64,000 nucleotides of DNA, taken from the NCBI GenBank assembly GCA_051313645.2, contig JBNRSN020000035.1, forward strand, positions 18,848,001-18,912,000. Reading direction: 5' to 3'. How positions within the stretch are numbered: the stretch's first letter is position 1; every line of letters starts with the position of its first letter. This DNA is from Centroscyllium fabricii. Its lineage: Eukaryota. Below, piece after piece: positions 1 through 11,152 of this stretch. The notes under the pieces were generated by a model. The model had not been told where the DNA came from. It worked only from the letters and a program-made list of their open reading frames with translations, and searched no databases. The position numbers and the translations under genes are program-made.

Positions 1-216
1 GATGAAGGATCGGCGATATATTCAGCAACGATGAAGGATCGGCGAGATGTTCCCAAGTCAGGATGGTGTGTGACTTGGAGGTGATGGTGTTCTCATGTGC
101 CTACTGCCCTTGTCAGGCCAGGTGTTTTGTTTGTGTAGAGGGGAGGTGTGCACTAATCTAGCATAGATATGATTGAAGAGGACTCCAGATGACCAATTGC
201 TGGTCTCTTGTGCTCA

Positions 217-2320
217 GAGGAACAGGACGAGGCCATTCAGTCCCTTGAGCCTCTTCCGCCATTTGTGGCTGATCAGTATCTTGACTCCATCCGCCTGCCT
301 TGGCTCAATGTCCTTTTAGACCCGTCGAGCACAAATCGATTGCTTTTAATTGAGCTTCCTCCTCAATGGCCTGGCTCTGATCAGGCTGTGTCCCCTTGGC
401 CTAGACTCTCCACCAGTGGAAAATGTTTCTCCATCTACCCTATCAATTCCTTTCAAAATCTTAAAAACCTCAATCAAATCACCCAAACCCGTCTGTATTC
501 CAGGAAATATCCACCTAGTTTATGGAATCCTCGTAATCTAACCCTTGGAGCTTTGGTAACATTCTGGTGAATCGGCGCTGCCGTCCCGCCAAGGCCAATA
601 GATCTGTTCTGAGGTGCGGTGCCCAGAGCTCTTGCACAGTATTCCCGATGTGGTCTAACCAGGGCTTTGTGTAGCTGCAGAAAAACCTCCTCCCCATTAT
701 ATTCTAGCCCTCTCGTTATAAAGGCTTAACATTCCATTAGCCTTTTCGATTAACCTTTATACCTGACTACTACATTTTAGTGATCTGTCTACATGGACCC
801 CTAAATCTCTTTGGACACCCGCTGTTCCTAGCTTTCACTATTTAAATATTACTCTATCCATTTTTTTGGGTCCAAGATGGATGACCTCATACTTGACTGT
901 TGAGATCCATCTGCCGCAGTTTTGCCCACTCGCTTAATCTATCAATATCTCTTTCTAATTTTATACTTCGGTCTACACTACCTACTATATCATTAATCAA
1001 TAAAGCGAATAGTTGAGGCCCCAGCACAGATCCTTGTGGGACACCACTCGTCACATCCTTCCAATTTGAGTACATACCCATTATCTCTACTCTCTTCTAC
1101 TGCTGAACTAGGTCAATCATTTGCCTTTCCATGAGCTTTAATTTTTAGCTAATAGTCTCTTGTGTGGAACCTTATCGAATGCCTTCTGGAAGTCCATGTA
1201 AACTACATCCATAGACATTCCCTGTCCACTACTTTAGTTACTTCCTCAAAAACTCCAATTAGGTTCATTAGACATGGCCAACCCTTTACAAATCCACGTG
1301 GGCTTTCTCTAATCAGCTCAGTTGCTCTGCTCTTAATTATACAATCCAATAACTTCCCCATAACAGTCTAACAGGTCGATAATTTACTGATTTCTCTCTC
1401 TCTCTCACCTTACACTTGCAATTTTCCAATCTAAAGGAACAATTCCTGAATTGAAGGAGCTTTGGCAGATTATGGCTAAAACCTGCAATTTCACCTACTT
1501 CCTTTAAAGCCCTGGGGTGAAACCCATCTGGTTGTGGGGATTTGTCAGTCTTTCAAACCATTATAATTTCTAACATTGGTTTCTTGCTTACATTAACTTC
1601 AGTGAGTTCCAGCCATTGATTCATTATTAGTCTCCCTGGAATGTCAGGTATATTATCCTCGACTCTGAAGACTGATGCAAAGTAATTATTCAACAAGTCT
1701 GCCATTTCCTTATTTTCATTTACAATATTGCCCCAATTTGTTTTTAAAGGGTCCTCATTACCCTTGACTACCCTTTCTCCTCTAATATAATTGTAAAAAC
1801 GTTTTAATAGTGATATCCCTTCCAAGTTTTTTTTTGAATTCTCTTTTTGCAGCTCTTGCTGTTTTTGTTGTTCAACACGTCTCTCCTAGTCCCCTGGGCT
1901 TACACTATTCTTTGTGCTTTTATATGCTCTTTCCTTGAGTTTTTTGTCAACCATGGCTGTTTTATTTGGTAAGTAGAGCTCTTTCCCTTTAGGGGTATAT
2001 ACTGGTCTTGCATTCAGCTGAATTCTTTTTGAACACCCACTGTTCATCATCGTTAGTTTTAACCGATAAGTTTTGACCAGTTTGCTGTCGTCCGTCTCTA
2101 TCTCATCCCATTAAAGTTAGAAACTTGGGTTTGAAAAGGAGAAACTTCAGTTGCTAACATTGAGTTTGATCATATCATGATCGCTGTTAGATAAATGTTT
2201 CCTTACTGTTGCTAAATCTAGTATGACCCTGTCCTTTTGTTGGCTCTAGATAGAACATATTGCTCCAAAAAACTATCTTGAATGCACTCAAGAAATTCAC
2301 TGCCTTTCTGATGCGAGCTA
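217..2320 (-). mobile_element. Degenerate CR1-type LINE 3' fragment (RT region and 3' tail)
   Basis: Minus-strand ORF pieces [13 protein letters not shown] (887-1081), WAPHLR..QRRFTRM (515-697) and MADLLNNYFASVF (1553-1825); many frameshifts. Confidence 0.85.
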
Positions 2321-4554
2321 TTCTGAAAATGAAAGTCTCCCATTTAAACAACTTTGCTTCTGCTGCAAGCTTGTCTAATCTCTTAATTGCTCGCCCTGAT
2401 GATTCAGGCCCAGCTCTTGGCATTGTTTGGTAAGGGAGTATGTCCCTTGTGAGTGAAGGTGCATGGTCAGATCTACACCTCCCAATGGTCGGGGGGGCTT
2501 TGGCAGAACCCTGGGAGCAAGTTCTTTATTCTGTCTTGGGCAGTATGAGAATTAGAAACCACAGTAGTAATCGAGTAATGCTGTAGTGGTAAATGGTTAG
2601 AGCTCATAGATTTTGAAAACCTTGGTTTATATACCATGAATTAAAGAACAGATGCTGATTTTAAATCTGAATCAATATAAACTTTTTACATCCAAACTCT
2701 TGATGTATTGAATTTCTTGACTTCTGGTGTTGCTTGTTCTTACGTTTTTTTGTATTTTTCACTTCAATGTCTTGCTGAGGTCTGAACATGGATGGTATCA
2801 TTTGTGTTAACTTGTGTCCCTGCACGGAATGGGGGTGGGGGCACACTGCTTTAACTGAGGTGGGTTGCTATTTCAATTGAGTAAAAACTCTTAGTGAGCA
2901 TGCAGTAAAATATTGTAAGTGAAGGTGCTGGAAGTAATTGCTACGTAGTAAATCTGAACTTGAATTGACTACAGGATAACTCTAGCATTGGTCCAAGCTT
3001 TAGCTCCGATTCATGCTCTTGGTTGCAGAGACAGTTCTGTAATTGTGCAGGTTCCTGTTCTTACCAGAGGGGTTGATTGGGAAATCGATTGCACCGTTCA
3101 TTTGCTGTTGTTACAAGGTGGATTTTAGAGTGCACGTGCGGTTTGCATCTTTGACATTTATCATGCTGCTGGGACTCCCCTGGCTATTCTCCACAACGGC
3201 AAAACACATTGATGGCTTCATGATTGCAGCTAAATCGAGACATGGGATCCAATGCAAGTGCTGCTGATTGCTTTGGGACTTGTTTACACTACATTCTTGC
3301 TGTTTGGGGATGGGTGGGGCGTGCAGAAAGAGGGAGAGCAAAGTGTTTACTTGTAAACCTCACACAGGCTGACACTGATGGCTGTCAAACACTGTTAAGT
3401 AGGTTTATCCCTAGTCTCCCAGTCTCTAACTAAAGGTTGTGAATCTTGGTAAGAGAATTTAGTGGGTGTTAACTGGGTAAATGGAGCCCTCCAGTGGGAC
3501 TTGCTGTGTAGATGACAGCAAAATGTTCTACCTCCACTACATAAACTATGTTGAAATGTCCATGTTAAATGGGTTTAGGGATAACGTGGTTCATTGAGTA
3601 GTCAGTAAGCATTCACATATGAAAATTACCAAGTGTGCATTTAAGTATTAACCCAAATTAACCAAATCCTGTTTAAAAAAAATCATAATCAGTTTTACTT
3701 TGGGTAAAATTTGTTGGCATGTGTAACGGCCATTGTAAAATGTTCTGCGTTCTCCCCCCACATGTACACTTAGCCAGAAACTTCAATGAATTGGAGCTGG
3801 TTTTGGATCACTACTCCGTGAGTTGAGGGAGATAACTGGAATTAAGTAGTACATACTAATGATCTTGTGGCAATCGCTACGATTTCTTGCATGAAGGTTT
3901 TGGTTCTGGCTTGTGTTTTAGTAACTTCTGCAGGTAGACTTGCCCTCTGGTACCTCACCCAGGTGGCCATTTATATTTGAGCTGAGACACTGAGTGTCAT
4001 TGACATTACGGCATCACAAATTGGCTCAAAGCTTTCCTCCCCATGCATCGTGCCACTCCTTGGGATGGCTGGAAAACAGGATTGGGAACCTTGGCTGATT
4101 AAAATTTGCCCCCCATTCCCTGGAGCACGGAGCCCAATTGTGATAACCCTACTGCTGCCCAAGAGTGAACCTAGGACCTTGCTGAATTCATTAATTGATC
4201 TCAACAAGTTGGCACAGACCAGGGATTGGAATGTTTGACTGTGGTCTGCATGGCTTCATTTGATTACCTTGTCTAAATTAGGCCATTCAGCACCTAATGT
4301 CTGGTAATCTTGCTCGGCTTCTGCCAATCCTGGAGTAAGCCAGTTGCAAACTGGTACAGGTTGAAGTTCATTAATCTGGCAGGGTCGGGACCAACACCCT
4401 GCCGGACTGTTGAAAACGCCGAATTATTGAAGTCAGGGCGGCACATGCGCAGAACATTCAAAATGGCCGCCGCGAAATTTTCACTGCTCTGCGCATGCGC
4501 TCGGTGGTACCTGGCAGTTGATTTTCGGCCCAAGTGTCGGGTGGAACTCGCACT

Positions 4555-4951
4555 CGATTCTGCTGCAGGCCAGGGAGCGGGCTGCACGGCTCCAGCGGGC
4601 CTGAGGCCCAATGCGCGGCTCAAGCCCGGCTCACGTGACGTCACCGCACGCCAGCTTCGGAATGCGGTGACGTCCGCACGCAGCCATCGATTCTGCTGCG
4701 GATCAGGGAGCGGGCTGCACGGCTCCAGCGGGCCTGAGGCCCAATGCGCGGCTCAAGCCCGGCTCACGTGACGTCACCGCACGCCAGCTTCGGAATGCGG
4801 TGACGTCCGCACGCAGCCATCGATTCTGCTGCGGATCAGGGAGCGGGCTGCACGGCTCCAGCGGGCCTGAGGCCCAATGCGCGGCTCAAGCCCGGCTCAC
4901 GTGACGCCACCGCACGCCAGCTTCGGAACGCGGTGACGTCAGCACGCAGCC
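4555..4951 (+). repeat. Three tandem copies of a 133-bp CpG-rich unit inside element A
   Basis: CGATTCTGCTGC starts at 4555, 4688 and 4821; units contain TCACGTGACG(T/C)CA. Confidence 0.95.
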
Positions 4952-4972
4952 AGGCAGGAGCCTCTGGCAGCG

Positions 4973-5087
4973 ATGGGCACCGAGCATTGCCTGTATCGCG
5001 TCCTGCGAAAGGCGGCTGGCACAACAGCTCATCTTCTGGGCCTGGGATTCACCATCGGCATCGGGGTGGTCACTAAGCCGGGATCCA
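4973..5087 (+). pseudogene. CYB561D2: Captured first coding exon of a cytochrome b561 domain-containing gene (CYB561D2/D1-like) inside element A
   Basis: Translates as MGTEHCLYRVLRKAAGTTAHLLGLGFTIGIGVVTKPGS, versus recalled human CYB561D2 [37 protein letters not shown]; followed by donor A|GTGAGT; no further CYB561D exons seen in the window. Confidence 0.75.
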
Positions 5088-5236
5088 GTGAGTATCTGTT
5101 AGGTGAAAGGGAAGCCCAGCCCCGACGGCGACCATTTTGAATTGTCTGTGCTTGGGCCGAGCAGTCGGGAAAATCTGTGCCGAGCGACTGAAGCTGGCGG
5201 TTTTTCGGGTGCTGGATTAACGAACTTCAACCTGTA

Positions 5237-5796
5237 CAGGTCCGGCACCGGTAATCCAGACACTGGTAATCCGGAAACTTCAGTTGTCTAGCCAACTGGT
5301 CTGCGCATGCGCAAAATGGCCACCACGCTTGGCTGTGCATGCCCGGGGGTCTCCCCGACTGCCAGACTGGTCTGCGCATGCGCAGAATGGCCGCCACGTT
5401 TGGCTGGGCATGCCCGGGCCTCTGCCCAACTGGTCTGCGCATGTGCAAAATGGCCGCCAGGCTTGGCTGCGCATACCTGGGCACCTCCCCGACTGCCAGA
5501 CTGGCCTGCGCATGCGCAGAATTGCCGCTGCGCTTGGCTGGGCAAAATGGCTGCCGCACTTGGCTGCACATGCGCAAAATGGCTGTCGCACTTGGCTGCG
5601 CATGCCCGGGCCTCTCCCCGAACGATTGATGCTTCGGCGAGCGCATGCGCAGACCATTCAAAATGGCCACCGGCACGCGCGGTGGCCATTTTGAATGGTC
5701 TGTGCATGCGCTCGCCGAAGCTTCAGTCGTTCGGATTTTTCACTAGTCCGGCACCGGCCTGGTCCCGCCGGTGACAGATTAACGGTGTCGGACCTG
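5237..5796. mobile_element. Tigger/pogo-like MITE B with internal NRF1/YY1-motif repeats
   Basis: TIRs CAGGTCCGGCACCGGTAATC / GATTAACGGTGTCGGACCTG; TA on both sides, the left TA shared with element A; repeated TGCGCATGCGCA-AAATGGCC units. Confidence 0.88.
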
Positions 5797-6076
5797 TATG
5801 TGAAAGTGAACTCGAATTGACTGTCCTTCTGGCCTTTCTTTCTGTTGACTCTGATTTTGGGCCTGTTTGTTATCGTGCAGCATTACCATCCATTGCTTCA
5901 GAGTAGTTTGCAGACAGGTCTGAGTGCTACTGTTGTAAAGCCTCTGTTGGGCTCATGAGATAGCAATTGCTCAGTGTAATCCATTCACAAAGGTGGCTGG
6001 GGAAGTGTAAAGCTGTAACGCCATCTCGGTGCATAGATGTATCGTTCACACTTGCACCATTTGGGTAAAACAAGTA

Positions 6077-6906
6077 CAGGTTGAACACCGGTGATCCGGC
6101 ACCCTCGGGACCAGGCCGGTGCGGAACCACTGAAAATTCCGAACCACTGAAAGTTCGGGGGGGGCGCACGGGAGAACACTCCCTGGGGCCCGGAGCGCGC
6201 GGTAGAACACTCCCTGGGGCCCGGAGCGCGCGGTAGAACACTCCCCGGGGCCCGGAGCGCGCGGTAGAACACTCCCCGGGGCCCGGAGCGCGTGGGAGGA
6301 CACTCCCCGGGGCCCGGAGCGCGTGGGAGGACACTCCCCGGGGCCCGGAGCGCGCGGGGGGACACTCCCCGGGGCGCGGGGGGACACTCCCCGGGGCGCG
6401 CGGGGGGACACTCCCCGGGGCCCGGAGCGCGCGGTAGAACACACCCTGGGGCCCGGAGCGCGCGGTAGAACACAGCCTGGGGCCCGGAGCGCGCGGTAGA
6501 ACACTCCCCGGGGCGCGCGGGGGGACACTCCCCGGGGCCCGGAGCGCGCGGGGGGACACTCCCCGGGGCCCGGAGCGCGCGGGGGGACACTCCCCGGAGC
6601 GCGCGGGGGGACACTCCCCGGAGCGCGCGGTGGAACACTGCCAGGGGCCCAGCGCGCACGGTGGAACACTCCCCGGATCGCACGGTAGAACACTCCTCGG
6701 GAGGGAGCCCGGGGATAGAACACTTACAAAACCTAATAAAAGAGAAACCCAAATGCCTGACGCCTTTGGCGCTCGTTCACCTTTCCCGGGGAATGGTGGC
6801 GCCGCCGAGTGGCTGCTCCGCAAAAGAAAAAGGTGCTGTTTTCCAATCGTGCCGAAGCACTGAAGCTGCCGGACCATCGGGTGCCGGATTACCGGTGCTC
6901 ACCCTG
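6077..6906. mobile_element. Tigger/pogo-like TIR element C with internal minisatellite
   Basis: TA|CAGGTTGAACACCGGTGATCCGGCAC ... GTGCCGGATTACCGGTGCTCACCCTG|TA. Confidence 0.9.
6165..6725 (+). repeat. GC-rich minisatellite (about 23-32 bp units, CCCCGGGGCCCGGAGCGCGCGGTAGAACACT and variants)
   Basis: Direct tandem repetition; accounts for the long low-complexity ORFs here. Confidence 0.95.
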
Positions 6907-8790
6907 TACTGGAAATGAACCTAACCCGCCAGTGCCTTGTAATCAGAGGTGCTCTGAAGTTTTATGCAAGGATTGCATTGAGTTCTGCTAGCAGGATTTG
7001 TACCTGTTCTAAATGCATATTTTCCAGGTTACTTCAGTTGAGATCTCATTGAAAACACATGGTAGCCAGTCATTTGAAATGAAGATTTTCAGTTTAGATA
7101 TTTTTTAAGCATTTTGCTCTAGAAGTGAAAGACCAACATCCTGTATATCCCTTTTAGATTGCTCACACATGGTGTTGGTGGCAATGTAGACTCAGAATAT
7201 TGAGTAATGATTCCAACATATTGAGTGGCCCAGACCTCATGCATGTTTGTTTGTTGCTGTGAAGTCACTGGGACCTGCCATCCCACTGTGTAGAGACAAC
7301 CTTCTCTTGCTGTCTTTGTTGTAGCAGTGTACATGTAGCCACAGCTTGTGTTTTACCAGCTTCCTGATTTTCTAGAATCTGCACTTTGAGCAAGTGAACG
7401 TTGGTAATGAAATCCCTTAAACATACCAAAATGAGGAGATTGCTAAATGGTACAATTTTAGTCTCTCAGCACAAATCTTTGAAGGTGGCAGGACAGGTTA
7501 ATAAAGCATATGGGATCCTGAACTTTATAAAGAGGCATCGAGTACAAAAGCCAGGTAGTTATGCTAAACCGATGTAAAACATTAGTTCGGCCCCAGCTGG
7601 TTAGTGCTTGGAGGTTGTGTAGGGATTCCTACTATGTCTGACCCGTGACCATGTGACGCGGCACTTACCGCCCTTGCGGGTTTAATTCCCTCGTCCGTGC
7701 CGAGTTAGTAAATTTCACCAGCAGCAGTGCTGCAGTTGACCTTGGGTTTCTTGATCCAGATTGCAATTCAGGGACGCCTGCTGTAAGTGCATCTGTGTGG
7801 ATCATATTTGGTTATGAACACAAGTCCCCCACCTTTTGCTAGGTGGGAGGGATTGGTTTAACAAAACAATCCTGCATTACCTTGATCCCTTGTGTTGCAT
7901 ACCATTCCTTCAGATGGTCATCTTACAAATAGAATTTTGCAGCATAGTATGAGGCTATTCAGTCCATTCTAGCTGTATCAGCTCAAAGTTATCTACTTAG
8001 TCCCATTCCCCATCTCTTCTAATATTTGTCCACTTCCCTTTTAAAAGCTGCTATTGATTTTTGCTTCATCACCATTTCTGGTAGAGCATTCTATGTTCTA
8101 ACAAGTTTCTGCACTTTAAAATGAAAACTTCCATAAACTCTTGCTTTGTTCTTTTTAACGATTGATGTTGGATTTATTCCGATTCACTGCAAGTAGGATT
8201 ACATGCAACTTCCAACACCAAAGGGCCTTTTCAGCTCAACTTGGCCCTGTTGTTATCCTCTGACGAGCAGTACCCCATGTGCTCACTCGGTTCCCATTTC
8301 CCTTTCTTCTCCTTTCCTTCAATCACATAACCTATTCTTAGTCTTTGCTTCAATCACTAGCTCATGTGAGAAGATGCACATTTGTAGACAGTAAAACAGT
8401 GAGGGCATCACGGCCAAACCTAACATTGTACCCGCGCACACCTTCCCAGTCGGTCACCAGATAATGGTCTGGATTGAACTGGCTTTTTTCCCTTTCTGTC
8501 TCCTTCCCAATTAGCCTTCCTTCAGTCCTGTAGATTAAATATGGACTGGTTCACCAATAAACTAGTAGTGGTCTTTTTTAGATTGTGTAGCTGGTTAGAA
8601 GTTAAGGTAGTTAGTTGTCCTTTTTGCTGAAAGAGTACTGGTGTTGCCCATGTTTATCCTAAACCCTGCTTATCTATTGCGCCCTATTGTGTGGTTGTAT
8701 TAAAGTGAGCCTACATTGCAGTGCAGTAATAATTCTACAGTCAGTGGAATACTTTCCTTGTTTGAAAGGATAAACATTTACTTGCAGGCT

Positions 8791-8954
8791 ATGGTTCGTG
8801 GTGGCTCAAAGAACTCTCAAGGTGGTAAGAGAAAACTAAAGTTGATGCCACCGCCACTGCCAATGTGGGACAAGAAGCAGGCTTACAAGGAGCTCCTGTT
8901 CTGGGACGAACTCATTCGCAGTGGCAGGCGCCTGTACCCGCGGGACTACAATAG
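8791..8954 (+). CDS. ILF3: ILF3 upstream coding exon A (N-terminal extension; exon starts at 8788)
   Basis: Acceptor TTGCAG|GCTATG; MVRGGSKNSQGGKRKLKLMPPPLPMWDKKQAYKELLFWDELIRSGRRLYPRDYN; phase-2 donor AG|GTAAAT matches the next exon. Confidence 0.75.
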
Positions 8955-10923
8955 GTAAATGTTAGGCTTCACAGGTTGCCAATTCAGAGTTTCATGACTA
9001 GCTGTTTAAAGCATATTGAAACCTGGAGGGAGGGGTCATGGGTATCATGTTGCTCTATCCATCCGCCGTCCCCATGGTCAGTCTGAATTGAAGTGTGGCC
9101 TTTAAGGAATCATTGCAACCTATATTCTGCCCTTGGGATCCTGTCTGCATGTTGCAGGGGGTATGATGATTACGTTGATGTGCACAGCACCTTGCATTAA
9201 GGGCTGAAGAGTCTGCATCTAATCCCAAATCTGTTAGTGCTGCTCTTAACTGAGAGCATTACTAGTCATGATGCTCCTTTTAGGGCCCGACATGAATGAC
9301 TTTGACCTCTTGTCCTTGAGGCACGGAGCTCTAAAGGTTCCCATGCCCATATCAAATGTTCAGTTACCTTGATGGTAAAATACACTGCCTCACATCAAGC
9401 TTGCTTCATTGTATTTAGTGTTTTCAGTAGTTGTCCAGCTCTGATTAATTGTAGTGTGTATCCTGGGTCCATTTTAAATTCTTACATATTTTGCATTGAG
9501 CTCCTTTGTGTCTGAGGTTTATATTCTGAATTCATAATTTAGTAACTGAACATGACCAGCATTTGTTTAAAGATGTTCGCTGTCAAACTTAATGTAAACT
9601 CGACCTAAATAAAAATGTTGAAGAAAAGCTGCATCGTAACTTGCCCAGTCAAATCTTTCCACTTGCCCACAAGGTTGCCCAGGCAAGTGAGCAACTGTTA
9701 ATGTCGGGCTCTGCCAATGTTACTATTAAGGGTGTGTGGGCACGGAATCTGTGTAAATCTCATTGGATGAGAATTGAAGCATGCTTTAAGTGGAAGGGAA
9801 GACGATCATCAGTCCTGCTGTATTGTGGGTGTAACTAATTGTTGCTAGGACTGATATGGCATCACTGAGTCTGGTATTGGTCTGGTTGTCCACATGCCCT
9901 TGCGAGTCCCCCTTGTTTTGTGCAACTGCTACATACACCACTGAAATCAAACCTGAATAAGGGGGATGAGTTGGGGCATGCAATGACGAGTTAGTTGGCG
10001 AGAGTTCGTGACCATTTTGTTTCCTGTTGAGCATTGCTATGCTGAGATTTCCCTACTGTGTTGTTGGGTTGCTCCAGGTCAAGGAGGAAAGATTTAAAAA
10101 CCGCAGCAATGTCTATTGAAGAGATACTGGCATATTTACTTAGCTGGCCGGCAGCCCAAACTTTTGTAATTGATGAAATGTATTTTGGTGGGGGTGGGTA
10201 GTACCTGTATTATTTTTGGGCAATTTAATTCATGACTGCACAAAGTGGTCCTGGGGTCTTTGAACTTTCCCAAATTGAAGTGATTCTTGTGCTTTGCTTC
10301 CCATTTGCAAAATTCCTAGACTTGAGCCACTGTGGTTTGTAATTAGTTGTCTTTTCCTGTGAGTAGATGGTACACCCAATGCATCTGTGACCAGGAACGA
10401 TGTAGATTTGTGTAATGGGGATGGTAAAAGTAGAATGTGAATGAGAATTCGAAACCTAGTACTGGAGGTAGATTGAGGTTTATCAATGCATTGTGGAGGT
10501 TTACAGCTGAGCTATAACACTACAGCATCAAAACTGCAGCTGGGGGATGCCCAGAAATCCATTTGGGAAATCGCTGTAAGAGCCGGACCAGAGAATGTAT
10601 TTGGACTGAGGAGGAGCTTCAAAGCTAACCTTTTTTCCTTTCTACTCTAGTGTAAGCAATGAAATTTTCCTCAATCCTCTTAGATTGTACTGATCAAACA
10701 AGTCCGCTCTAAAATAGTGGTGGTTCAATTCACCCAAACTAAGACAAGTCTGGATAGTTTGGATATGTTTCTAGTATACGTTTAATCATGTCTGCTTTAC
10801 AGTGAGGTTGATCTAAAGGTTTGCACTGGAGCTGCAGTTTAAATATAGACACTAGCTGAATATTAAACCCTTTTATCCGATGACTGGAGATGCAGGTTCT
10901 TATTAATCTGTGTTTGATTGTAG

Positions 10924-11152
10924 GTACGAGGAGCTGCGCCTGTGGTACGACTGTCTGTGCTTTGAGGAGGGGCTGAAATCTTATCGTCTGAGGGCCTTGG
11001 AAAAACTTCACAAAGTTCCAAGGAAACTGCACAAGGAGCCAAAAAAGCCCCTCAAGGAGCCAAAGAAACTCCACAAGGAGCCAAAGAAACTCCAGAAGGA
11101 GCCAAAGAAACCCCAGCCGGAAGAGCAGGTGGAGGCTGAAGTTGTCACCATG
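10924..11152 (+). CDS. ILF3: ILF3 exon B (extension, ending in the canonical start ATG)
   Basis: TTGTAG|G TAC GAG; RYEELRLWYDCLCFEEG...(KEPKK)n...EAEVVTM; ends ATG|GTAAGT in phase 0 with the RPMRIF exon. Confidence 0.85.

Larger units (their letters stand above)
4357..5234. mobile_element. Tc1/mariner-pogo (Tigger-like) non-autonomous TIR element A, carrying a captured gene fragment
   Basis: TA at 4355-56 and 5235-36; TIRs CAGGTTGAAGTTCATTAATC / GATTAACGAACTTCAACCTG; no transposase ORF. Confidence 0.9.

Noticed and set aside
5927-6877. Long ORFs (316/255/225 aa), and likewise those at 59032-59815 and 63063-63951
   Set aside because: They run through minisatellites that are open in several frames, with no splice signals or homology.
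4357-6906. CpG-rich block as the native ILF3 promoter/exon 1
   Set aside because: CpG richness is confined within TIR/TA boundaries; the native non-coding exon 1 is probably upstream of the window.
8258-8295. CTGACGA (and CTGATGA near 46899) as extra hammerhead cores
   Set aside because: No stem II followed by GAAA at a suitable distance.
4973-8830. CYB561D2-ILF3 fusion protein
   Set aside because: The phase-1 donor at 5087 joined to 8788 or 10924 is out of frame and soon hits a stop; at most it would form an upstream ORF.
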